Assembly (NCBI GenBank): GCA_965140705.1
Contig: OZ223301.1
Location: 96,001 to 160,000, forward strand
DNA: 64,000 nucleotides
Origin: an uncultured Arcobacter sp.
Lineage (GTDB): Bacteria; Campylobacterota; Campylobacteria; Campylobacterales; Arcobacteraceae
Reading direction: 5' to 3'
Shown here: in pieces, positions 30,431-38,693 of the stretch
Layout of the letters: each line of letters begins with the position of its first letter
Position numbering within the stretch: the stretch's first letter is position 1
Made by a program: the position numbers and the translations under genes
Notes under the pieces: generated by a model
Told to the model about the DNA's origin: nothing
The model's database searches: none
The model's input: the letters and a program-made list of their open reading frames with translations, nothing else

Positions 30431-30588
30431 AAGTAACTTCCTAATGTAACATATAGGAAAAATAGTATCAAAAAACAAAGATTATAAAATCTAAAATTTG
30501 TATATAAAATATACAGTTTTTTCAAAAGCAACTCCTAATTACTTTTTTTGTATAATCACGAAAAATTATAAATAACAGAGGAATTAAT

Positions 30589-32121
30589 TTGAGAGCATTA
30601 ATCAGTGTTAGTGACAAAAGTGGTGTTGAGAATTTTGCGAAAGAGTTAGTAAAATTAGGTTACGAAATAATTAGTACAGGTGGTACTTATAAAGCTTTAC
30701 AAAATGCTGGAATAGCAGTAATTGAAGCGAACGAAGTTACAAAATTTCCAGAGTGTTTTGAAGGAAGAGTTAAAACTTTAAACCCATATATTCATGGTGG
30801 AATTTTACATAGACGAGACAAACAATCTCACTTAGACCAAGCAAAAGAGTTAGGTGTTGAAGGTATTGATTTAGTATGTGTAAACCTGTATCCATTTAAA
30901 GCAACTATTGAAAAAACTGATGACTTTGAAGAGATTATCGAAAATATTGATATCGGTGGTCCTGCTATGGTGCGAAGTGCTGCTAAAAATCATGACTCTG
31001 TTATTATTGTAACTGATGTTGTTGATTATGACTTAGTATTAAACAATCTTAAAAACAATACAAACACTCAAGAGTTTAGAAGAGACTTGATGATAAAAGC
31101 ATATGAGCATACAGCTGCTTATGATGCTATGATTGCAAACTACATGAACAAAAGATTTAATAATGGAATGGGTGCAAAACAATTCATCGTAGGTGAAAAA
31201 GTATTTGATACAAGATATGGAGAAAACCCACACCAAAAAGGTGCCTTATATGAGTTTGATAAACACCTATCAAATAAATTCATCACACTAAAAGGTGAAG
31301 CATCTTTTAACAACATGGGAGATATCTCTGGAGCAGCAAAAATAGCATCTGCATTTGGTGATGACAATGCAGTATGTATCGTAAAACACGGAAATCCATG
31401 TGGATTTGCTATCAAAGACACACTTTTAGAAAGCTATACTGAAGCTCTTAAATGTGACCCAATTTCAGCATTTGGTGGAGTTGTTGCAGTAAATGGTGTA
31501 GTTGATTTAGACTTAGCTGTTAAGATGAACGAAATCTTCCTAGAAGTAGTTTTTGCAGCAGACTTCACACCTGAAGCTGAAGTTGAGTTAAATAAGAAAA
31601 AAAGAATCAAACTATTTAAACAAGGAACATCTAAACTTGAAATGTCAAACGATGCTTTCAACTTCAAAATAGTTGATGGTGGATTTGTTTATCAAGATGC
31701 TGATAAAGTTGAAGATGATGAGGTAAGAAACTCAGAACTAAAATCAAAAAGAGAAGCAAGTGAACAAGAAGTAAAAGATATGGAAATCGCATACAAAGTA
31801 GCAAGCTTAACAAAATCAAACTGCGTAGTATACGTGAAAAACTCAGCTATGGTTGCTGTTGGTATGGGTATGACAAGTAGAGTAGATGCAGCAAAAGCAG
31901 CTTTACGAAAAGCAGAAGATTTAGGTATCGATGTAACAGGTTCAGTTCTAGCATCTGAAGCATTCTTCCCCTTTAGAGATAGTATCGATGAAGCAAATAA
32001 AGCTGGTGTAAAATGTGTAATTGAACCAGGTGGTTCTATTAGAGATGATGAGATTATAGCAGCGGCTGATGAGTATGATATGTCTCTTTATTTTAGTGGT
32101 AAGAGACATTTCCTACACTAA
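30589..32121 (+). CDS. purH: Bifunctional AICAR transformylase/IMP cyclohydrolase
   Basis: [38 protein letters not shown]. Confidence 0.98.
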   Translation: MRALISVSDKSGVENFAKELVKLGYEIISTGGTYKALQNAGIAVIEANEVTKFPECFEGRVKTLNPYIHGGILHRRDKQSHLDQAKELGVEGIDLVCVNLYPFKATIEKTDDFEEIIENIDIGGPAMVRSAAKNHDSVIIVTDVVDYDLVLNNLKNNTNTQEFRRDLMIKAYEHTAAYDAMIANYMNKRFNNGMGAKQFIVGEKVFDTRYGENPHQKGALYEFDKHLSNKFITLKGEASFNNMGDISGAAKIASAFGDDNAVCIVKHGNPCGFAIKDTLLESYTEALKCDPISAFGGVVAVNGVVDLDLAVKMNEIFLEVVFAADFTPEAEVELNKKKRIKLFKQGTSKLEMSNDAFNFKIVDGGFVYQDADKVEDDEVRNSELKSKREASEQEVKDMEIAYKVASLTKSNCVVYVKNSAMVAVGMGMTSRVDAAKAALRKAEDLGIDVTGSVLASEAFFPFRDSIDEANKAGVKCVIEPGGSIRDDEIIAAADEYDMSLYFSGKRHFLH

Positions 32122-32266
32122 AAAGATTGATTTTCTAAGCAATCTTTCTTTATAAATCTGCGTTGGAGAGAAAATTTGTTAGAGTCATTTACTCTAGTAA
32201 ACTCCTCCAACAAATTTTCTCTCCGTCTTGATTTCTTTTGAAATCTTACTCATAAAATCAATCTTT
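32122..32266. repeat. ERIC/IRU-like palindromic element, copy A
   Basis: Outer arms AAAGATTGATTTT / AAAATCAATCTTT; inner 16-bp arms GGAGAGAAAATTTGTT / AACAAATTTTCTCTCC; core GTCATTTACTCTAGTAAACTCCT. Confidence 0.75.
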
Positions 32267-32574
32267 GGTAGATTGGCCTAATAATAAAAATAACTTTTCT
32301 TTTATCCATAATAGATTCTTGATATATTTATCATTTTGTTAAACCATTACGATTTTTGCTTAATATACATACATTTTGATAAGCTATTAAGGATATACGT
32401 AATAATCTAACATAAAAAGTATATAAAAAGTTCAGAAATATTGTAAAATATATTACAAAATGAAATGTTTTTATTTAAAAGAGCTTGTTTTAGGTATTTT
32501 CTTATATTTAATAGGTTAACATCATAAGTGTAAAACTATTAGGTAGTTTTAGATGTAAGCAATACATAATGTAT

Positions 32575-32595
32575 TATTAATAAATAGTTATACAC
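32575..32595 (+). mobile_element. attI-like integron recombination site / left boundary of cassette 1
   Basis: TATTAAT-AAATA-GTTATAC (7-5-7 geometry); GTTATACAC is the exact reverse complement of GTGTATAAC at 33816-33824. Confidence 0.65.
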
Positions 32596-32637
32596 CCCAT
32601 CGTAGATTCTCTTTAAAGGTAGAAAAAAGGTAGAAAA

Positions 32638-33813
32638 ATGGACATAAAAAAGGTATTTAGAGGGATAAGTCAAAAGCTTCAAACTGATTTCGAAATATCC
32701 TCGGAAATAAACCATCAAGGCAATAAAGGCACTTATAGGGAAAGTGCTTTACGTGACTTCTTACTTTCAGGCCGCCTGCCAAAGAGGTTTGGTATAGGTA
32801 CAGGTGAAATTATAGGGCCGACAAGAAATGTATCTAAGCAAAGTGATTTAGTCATCTATGATCAACTTGATGGAATGTCTCTAGTCTATGATGATGACGT
32901 ACAAATATATCCTATTGAGTCCGTTTTTGGTGTCATTGAAGTAAAGTCAAAACTATCGAAGGTAGAGCTAATAAAATCTTTGGAAAACATAAAGTCTGTT
33001 AAATCTTTATGTCCAAATGAATCAGTAACAAAAACCACCAACTCACTCATGAGTATGACTTATCCAAGACCAAAACCTTTTGGTGTTGTTTTTGCCTATG
33101 CATTATCCAATAACTCACTAGAGTCACTACTAGAAAACCTTAGGGAATGGGAAGGAGAAAATAGCAAAGAGTATTGGCCAAATTTAGTTGTGGTTCTAGG
33201 CGAAGGAATACTTTATCATCACGGAGAGGGGATGAGAAATTCAAGTCTGTTCAGTAACGAGGAAATGCAAAAGACAATCAGACCTTCATTCTTGGCATAT
33301 CGTAAAGATACACTATTTCATTTCTACTCAATACTAATTGACCTTTGTAGTGGGACTTCTTTGGGTCCAGTAAACCTGAAACGGTATTTTGATCCTGCGG
33401 AGCAAATAGGTGGATATGTTGTAAAAAATCACGACCGAATTACGCGTCAAGGGGACAATAGCCTTTATCGATTATCGCTAGGATTTATCGATATGGTTGT
33501 GAAACATTGCAAAGCAGAGGGAAAGATTAAACATAGAGAGCTGTTCGTTAAACAAATGGGGGCTATCCCTCAGGGGATAGATGACGACTACTTAGATTAT
33601 GGGGTGTATCACTATGATCCAGACGGTCTTCCAGGAATGCACGAAGTTGAAAACCCTATAAATTTTAGCGGTGGAGGTGCGGTAGCTACACAAAAAATGC
33701 TTCAGCCGAGTCATTGGATTGAAGTTGATGGAGAAACGTACTATTTCCCTTGGTGCTATGTCGAAGATGACTCAATAGAGGAAATTGCGGACTCTAGTCG
33801 TAAAGATCTATAG
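32638..33813 (+). CDS. Cassette 1: DUF6602-like (PD-(D/E)XK-fold) protein
   Basis: HQGNKG..RE...LPKRF.IGTGEI...SKQSDLVIYD...PIESV..VIEVKS; visibly more GC-rich than flanking genes. Confidence 0.75.
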   Translation: MDIKKVFRGISQKLQTDFEISSEINHQGNKGTYRESALRDFLLSGRLPKRFGIGTGEIIGPTRNVSKQSDLVIYDQLDGMSLVYDDDVQIYPIESVFGVIEVKSKLSKVELIKSLENIKSVKSLCPNESVTKTTNSLMSMTYPRPKPFGVVFAYALSNNSLESLLENLREWEGENSKEYWPNLVVVLGEGILYHHGEGMRNSSLFSNEEMQKTIRPSFLAYRKDTLFHFYSILIDLCSGTSLGPVNLKRYFDPAEQIGGYVVKNHDRITRQGDNSLYRLSLGFIDMVVKHCKAEGKIKHRELFVKQMGAIPQGIDDDYLDYGVYHYDPDGLPGMHEVENPINFSGGGAVATQKMLQPSHWIEVDGETYYFPWCYVEDDSIEEIADSSRKDL

Positions 33814-33817
33814 CTGT

Positions 33818-33886
33818 GTATAACAAATCATTGGAGAAAAATATTTGACCCTTCGGCTCAAATATTTCTCAACTCAAACGTTATGT
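33818..33886 (+). mobile_element. attC site 1 (69 bp)
   Basis: GTATAAC...AAATATTTGA-CCCTTCGGC-TCAAATATTT...GTTATGT, 4 bp after the stop codon. Confidence 0.88.
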
Positions 33887-33904
33887 ATACAAAAGGAATT
33901 TTAT

Positions 33905-34186
33905 ATGGAAACTAAAGCTTACCCTGCCCATGGTCATCCAAATGGAACAAGTGGTTCACCGTGGTATAAAATCAGAGATGATAAACTTTACCCTGCTCAT
34001 GGACACCCAGAAGGAACAACTGGCTCACCATGGTTCAAGATAAAGGATGATAAAGTTTACCCAGCACACGGACATCCAAATGGAACAAGTGGCTCACCAT
34101 GGTATAAAATTAGAGACGATAAATTTTACCCTGCTCATGGACATCCTAATGGGACAAGTGGTTCACCACACTTTAAAATCAGATAA
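33905..34186 (+). CDS. Cassette 2: 93-aa protein of four 23-aa repeats (DDKxYPAHGHPNGTSGSPWYKIR)
   Basis: ATG at 33905 with AAGGA RBS; repeat units differ largely at synonymous positions; the ORF-track start at 33845 lies inside attC1. Confidence 0.85.
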   Translation: METKAYPAHGHPNGTSGSPWYKIRDDKLYPAHGHPEGTTGSPWFKIKDDKVYPAHGHPNGTSGSPWYKIRDDKFYPAHGHPNGTSGSPHFKIR

Positions 34187-34255
34187 ATATAACAAAACAT
34201 TGGAGAGAAATAAATTACCCTGCGGCTAATTTATTTCTCAACTCAAGCGTTAGAA
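34187..34255 (+). mobile_element. attC site 2 (69 bp)
   Basis: ATATAAC...GAGAAATAAATTA-CCCTGCGGC-TAATTTATTTCTC...GTTAGAA immediately after the stop codon. Confidence 0.88.
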
Positions 34256-34270
34256 GACAAAAGGATATAA

Positions 34271-34687
34271 ATGCTATTTGAATCAGATGTCATTACTTCT
34301 GTATGCAATTTTCTTAAAAGACATGATTTTGAAATAATTCAACAACTTAATGAAAATCAACAGGGCGATGACATTATTGCAAAAAATAAAAGTCAAAAAA
34401 TCTATATTGAGGCTAAAGGTGAAACATCATCAAAAGAAAATTCAAATCGTTTTGGTAAAGAATTTAATGCTTCACAAAAAAAAGTGCATGTTTCGCAAGC
34501 ACTTTATAGGGCAATAAAAATGAAAGAAGAAAATAATTCATTATCAGGAATAGCTTTTCCAGAAACAAGTGGACATATTGCATTGATTGAACCCATTAAA
34601 AAAACTCTACAAAAAATTGAAATTGAAGTTTTTTGGGTAAATAAAGATGGGGCAGTTAGAGTTGAAAACTTTAGTAAAGTCTTCTAA
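34271..34687 (+). CDS. Cassette 3: small PD-(D/E)XK restriction-endonuclease-like protein
   Basis: E...GDDIIA....IYIEAKG catalytic-like motif; AAGGA RBS; stop codon overlaps the attC3 inverse core. Confidence 0.7.
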   Translation: MLFESDVITSVCNFLKRHDFEIIQQLNENQQGDDIIAKNKSQKIYIEAKGETSSKENSNRFGKEFNASQKKVHVSQALYRAIKMKEENNSLSGIAFPETSGHIALIEPIKKTLQKIEIEVFWVNKDGAVRVENFSKVF

Positions 34688-34750
34688 CAAATCAGAAGAG
34701 CCAATAAATTACCCTGCGGGCAATTCATTGGCTCATTTTAAACGTTAGCA
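34682..34750 (+). mobile_element. attC site 3 (69 bp)
   Basis: TTCTAAC...GAGCCAAT...ATTGGCTC...GTTAGCA; GTCTTCTAAC (34679-34688) is the exact reverse complement of cassette start GTTAGAAGAC (34249-34258). Confidence 0.88.
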
Positions 34751-34768
34751 TAAAATATAGGAGAATTC

Positions 34769-34915
34769 TTGGCAGAACATATCAAACCGTTTGATGCACA
34801 GAACTTAGAAGCAATTTGTAAAGTTTTAGCTGATACCAACAATGGTTTAACGGGGACACAAATTGGATATATTTTACAGGGAAAAGGGGGGCAGGTGATA
34901 ACGATAACTCTATAG
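34769..34915 (+). pseudogene. Cassette 4 remnant: N-terminal fragment resembling TIGR02391-family proteins
   Basis: AGGAGA RBS + TTG; MAEHIKPFDAQNLEAICKVLADTNNGLTGTQIGYILQ..., stops after 48 aa; no attC follows. Confidence 0.6.
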
Positions 34916-35036
34916 AAATAAATCAAATGTGTAGCTTCTGTAGATGTGGGATAAGGACATTTACATTTTTGATTTATTTAGATACCTAACTTATACTAGC
35001 TCAATTTACAAATGATAGTTTGAACTTTTTTTCTTT

Positions 35037-35257
35037 CCTGACTTTGATGAAGCCGGAAGTTTTGAAATAATTTTTGGAAAAGCCTGAGGACTGTTTGAGG
35101 AGAGAAAAGTCCTAAACGGACTTTTTCGACGAGTTCCGCAAGGCAGAAAACTTATTTTAAGGCTGGAGGGGAGCTTTGCCTTCATCAACTCGTCAGGTTG
35201 CTTTTTGTCTTACTTTTTACAATTAAAAAGTGAGAAAGCGAAGAGGTTTACCTCTTC
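35037..35257. repeat. Large structured intergenic element (nested stem-loop plus two small hairpins)
   Basis: CCTGAC/GTCAGG, TTGATGAAG/CTTCATCAA, AAAAGTCC/GGACTTTT, ACTTTTT/AAAAAGT, GAAGAGG/CCTCTTC; more GC-rich than its flanks. Confidence 0.65.
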
Positions 35258-35400
35258 AAGAGCGTAAAATAAAGTGCAATATAAATCTGGAAACAAGATA
35301 TTAATAGTATATATCAATAAGGGTATTTATAGTCTATAGTTGCTAAACTTATCGATATTTACAACAAGTAATTAAAAGTATTAAGAGGAGATAATAATTA

Positions 35401-35859
35401 ATGGAATTGGATTTTAAGTGGTCGCGATTAGAGTCTTTAAGCGCTTTGGAATTATTTGAAATAATCAAAGCACGTGAATCAGTATTTGTTGTAGAACAAC
35501 AATGTCCATATCAAGAAACAGATGATATGGATCTTCATTCCTGGCATCTTTCTGTTTTTTTAAATGGTGAATTAGCTGCTTATGTTCGAGTTGTTGATCC
35601 AGGTATTAAATATGAACAACCCTCTATTGGTCGTGTTATGACTTTAGAAAAATTTAGAAATTTGAAAATTGGAAGGGCATTAATGAATGAAGCAGTTCGT
35701 TTCACAGAAGAGCAATTTCCAGAAAAGGGTATTAAAATTGGCGCTCAAGTTTACTTACAAAAATTTTATGAATCATTAGGATTTGAAGCTATAACTGAAC
35801 CATATGATGAAGATGGGATTCCTCATATAGATATGATTAGACCATCAGCAAAAATATAA
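35401..35859 (+). CDS. elaA: GNAT acetyltransferase, ElaA family
   Basis: RESVFVVEQQCPYQETD, SIGRV, GAQVYL..FY, EDGIPHIDM. Confidence 0.9.
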   Translation: MELDFKWSRLESLSALELFEIIKARESVFVVEQQCPYQETDDMDLHSWHLSVFLNGELAAYVRVVDPGIKYEQPSIGRVMTLEKFRNLKIGRALMNEAVRFTEEQFPEKGIKIGAQVYLQKFYESLGFEAITEPYDEDGIPHIDMIRPSAKI

Positions 35860-35908
35860 TGAAAGTTTTAATAAACCAACAGCCTTAAAAGCTATTGGCT
35901 TAAATTTT

Positions 35909-37909
35909 TTAATCTATAGGTATAACAGGATTTAATCCTGCAGTAATATGTAAAAAGTGTCTGTGTTTTTCAAATTGATCAATAATATCACTTGCAACTA
36001 CATCTACTTCATATCCATAAATATCATAGGCTTTATTACCATCTTGTAAATAGACTTCTGCTCTAGCATATTTCTTTTGCTCATGGGTAGGATTAAGTAC
36101 CTCAGGAAATGCATATGTTGGTGTATCATATCTACTAAATCTTACTTCATAAGTAAAGTCTAGATCACCATTGTGTTCTACTGTTAAAATAGAAACACTT
36201 TTTTCTTTATTATTAAAAACTTCTACATTCCAACCATATCTTTCAAGTTCTTCCTCTACATTTTTCATGGCAGCAACTACATCTTCATTAATATATCTTC
36301 GTGTTTCATCTGGTACTGGAAATTCAATGAGTCTTGAAAGTCTATTTTTCCAAGTTCCAGATACTTCTCCATGTCTTCCTGCATTCATATGATGTTGAAG
36401 GGATTCATATCGAATTGATTCTAAGTGTAGGGCTTTATAAAGTCCCCAACATGCAATAAGCATAATAATAGCAAAAGGTAAAGCAATAACAATAGAAGCT
36501 GCCTGTAAAGCTCCTAATCCACCAGCTATTAATAGTGCTGCTGCTACAACACCTTCAAGTAGTGCCCAAAATATTCTTTGCCATACAGGATTATTCTCTC
36601 TTCCTCCACTTGAAATAGTATCAACTACCAATGAACCTGAATCTGAAGAAGTTACAAAGAAAGTAATAACTAAGATAATAGCAAGGATTGAAATAACACT
36701 AGAAAAAGGGAAGTGTTCTAAAAATTTAAATAAGGCAGTTGCAACATCTGCTGATACAGCTGAACTTAGATTAGTAAATCCCTCTTTCATAATTGCATGT
36801 AGGGCACTATTACCAAAAACTGTCATCCAAACTAAAGTAAATCCAACAGGAACAAATAATACTCCAAGAACAAACTCTCTTATAGTTCTACCTCGTGAAA
36901 CTCGCGCAATAAACATCCCAACAAAAGGTGCCCAAGCAATCCACCAAGCCCAATAGAAAAATGTCCACCATCCCATCCATTTTGTATCTAAATAGATGTA
37001 TTGATTAAAAGTCATTTGTACAATATGAGATAAATAATTTCCTATATTTTGAACTAATGCTCCAAGTAAAAAGAAAGTTGGACCTGCTAAAAATACAAAT
37101 AAAACAAGTGCGAATGCAAGGTAAAGATTTATTTCAGATAATCGTTTAATTCCTCCATCAAGTCCTAAAACAACAGAAACTGTTGCCATAGTTGTAATAA
37201 TAGCGATCAAAATAATTTGTGTGGTAAGTCCAACAGGGATATCGAAAATATAATTAAGTCCAGCATTAACTTGTAATACTCCTAATCCCAATGAAGTTGC
37301 AACCCCAAAAATAGTTCCAAGTATTGCAACTGTATCAACTGTATGTCCTATTTTTCCATAAATTTTCTCTCCTATCATTGGATAGAGAGCTGATCTAATA
37401 GAAAGGGGTAAACCATGTCTAAAAGAGAAATATGCTAGTACTAAACCAACAACAGCATATATTGCCCAAGCATGTAATCCCCAGTGAAAAAAAGTAATTC
37501 GCATAGCTTGTCTAGCAGCTTCAATTGTCTCTTTATCACCAACAGGAGGTGCACCATAATGCATAACAGGTTCTGCTACACCCCAAAACATAAGTCCAAT
37601 TCCCATACCTGCACTAAAAAGCATGGCAAACCATGAAATATGACTATAAGCAGGTTTTGATTGGTCAGGTCCTAATTTAAATCTTCCAAAGGGAGAAATT
37701 GCTAAGAATATTACAAATAAAGTAAAAATTCCAACGCTAAGCATATAAAGCCAACCAAATTTATCTGCTATGAAATGTTTCATTCCATTAAATGTTTCAC
37801 CGGCTATTTGGGGCATTGTCATTGCAAATATCACAAGTATTGCAATAATAGCAACCGAGGGGTAAAATACAGGTTTTAAAATAGTTGAGTTTTTTTTATT
37901 TTCCATCAT
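35909..37909 (-). CDS. betT: BCCT-family choline/glycine betaine transporter with long C-terminal domain
   Basis: SWFAMLFSAGMGIGL, FHWGLHAW, WTFFYWAWWIAWAPFVGMFIARVSRGRTIREF, TSSDSGS. Confidence 0.92.
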   Translation of the reverse strand: MMENKKNSTILKPVFYPSVAIIAILVIFAMTMPQIAGETFNGMKHFIADKFGWLYMLSVGIFTLFVIFLAISPFGRFKLGPDQSKPAYSHISWFAMLFSAGMGIGLMFWGVAEPVMHYGAPPVGDKETIEAARQAMRITFFHWGLHAWAIYAVVGLVLAYFSFRHGLPLSIRSALYPMIGEKIYGKIGHTVDTVAILGTIFGVATSLGLGVLQVNAGLNYIFDIPVGLTTQIILIAIITTMATVSVVLGLDGGIKRLSEINLYLAFALVLFVFLAGPTFFLLGALVQNIGNYLSHIVQMTFNQYIYLDTKWMGWWTFFYWAWWIAWAPFVGMFIARVSRGRTIREFVLGVLFVPVGFTLVWMTVFGNSALHAIMKEGFTNLSSAVSADVATALFKFLEHFPFSSVISILAIILVITFFVTSSDSGSLVVDTISSGGRENNPVWQRIFWALLEGVVAAALLIAGGLGALQAASIVIALPFAIIMLIACWGLYKALHLESIRYESLQHHMNAGRHGEVSGTWKNRLSRLIEFPVPDETRRYINEDVVAAMKNVEEELERYGWNVEVFNNKEKSVSILTVEHNGDLDFTYEVRFSRYDTPTYAFPEVLNPTHEQKKYARAEVYLQDGNKAYDIYGYEVDVVASDIIDQFEKHRHFLHITAGLNPVIPID

Positions 37910-38111
37910 TCTCCTTTAATTAAAAGGGGTATATCTAATTAGTTATTTTTAATTGATTTAATGTTTCAAAAGCTGTTTGATATAAATTAAATTAATTAAA
38001 AAGAAATTTTGTAGAATAGACATACCCCGTTAAGATACAAACTAACAAATATAACATTAAAATTTTATTTAATACAGTAAAAATAGATAAATTTGTAGAT
38101 TCAATTTTCTA

Positions 38112-38630
38112 TCAATTTCTTTTTCTACCCCTTTGTTGCCAAATATATCGGGGGTCATTTTTTACTTTAGAATAAAACAGTTCCCCAGAATTTCTCCAGG
38201 GGTCAAGGACTATGCCTTCATTGAAGTTGCAACCTTTGCACGTAACTACTAAAGTAGTATGTTCTGTCCAGTAGTTACCAATATTGGCTCCTCCTATATA
38301 ATAATCAAAGCTTTTTAAATTTAAACTTTTGGCATGTTTTAACATATCATATGCAAATTGCCAACATAAGCCTTTTTCTTTTAATCCAATGTTTACTAAA
38401 AAATTTTGAAATAAAGGAGGGCTTACTAAATGGTATGATTCTTTTAAAAATTGTGATTGTTTAAACATTTCAGTGGAGAGAGTTTTAGCTTCTTTTTTGT
38501 CTACTTTATTATTTAATGAGGATAATAAAAGAGTTAAGTCATTTTTAGTTAGTTTTTTATCAACTTGAATATTAGATGTACTGCAGCCTATAAATAAGAT
38601 GGTTAATAGAAAAGTAATTATATATTTCAT
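38112..38630 (-). CDS. Putative lipoprotein
   Basis: Start likely ATG at 38630: MKYIITFLLTILFIG-C lipobox; GLC...EH...VLDPWR suggests a Cys-His-Asp triad. Confidence 0.7.
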   Translation of the reverse strand: MKYIITFLLTILFIGCSTSNIQVDKKLTKNDLTLLLSSLNNKVDKKEAKTLSTEMFKQSQFLKESYHLVSPPLFQNFLVNIGLKEKGLCWQFAYDMLKHAKSLNLKSFDYYIGGANIGNYWTEHTTLVVTCKGCNFNEGIVLDPWRNSGELFYSKVKNDPRYIWQQRGRKRN

Positions 38631-38693
38631 GAAAAAAGTATAGCTTATTTGGCTATATTTTTTCATAAAAGTTAAAGGGGATACTTGAGCTTT

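Noticed and set aside
32267..32574. Remnant intI between purH and the array
   Set aside because: I saw no ORF or tyrosine-recombinase motif on either strand; a heavily decayed fragment cannot be excluded without tBLASTn.
33845..33904. ORF-track N-terminal extension of the repeat protein
   Set aside because: It starts inside attC1; the ATG at 33905 has a good RBS.
33905..34186. 69-bp periodic repeats as a possible CRISPR array
   Set aside because: There are no unique spacers, the units are contiguous and in frame, they differ mainly at synonymous sites, and no cas genes are present. It is a coding repeat.
34984..34990. ACCTAAC as the inverse core of a fourth attC
   Set aside because: It is not complementary to the cassette-4 start GTTAGCA, and no attC-like hairpin follows.
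35006..35188. 60-aa minus-strand ORF
   Set aside because: It lies within the structured palindromic element and has no recognisable protein features.
35401..35859. elaA as a fifth integron cassette
   Set aside because: No attC follows its stop codon, and it is separated from the array by about 480 bp of non-cassette DNA.
38629..38666. ORF-track upstream start of the lipoprotein
   Set aside because: The extension is a hairpin (ATGAAAAAAGTATAGC...GCTATATTTTTTCAT), probably the terminator of the upstream gene; the signal peptide begins at 38630.
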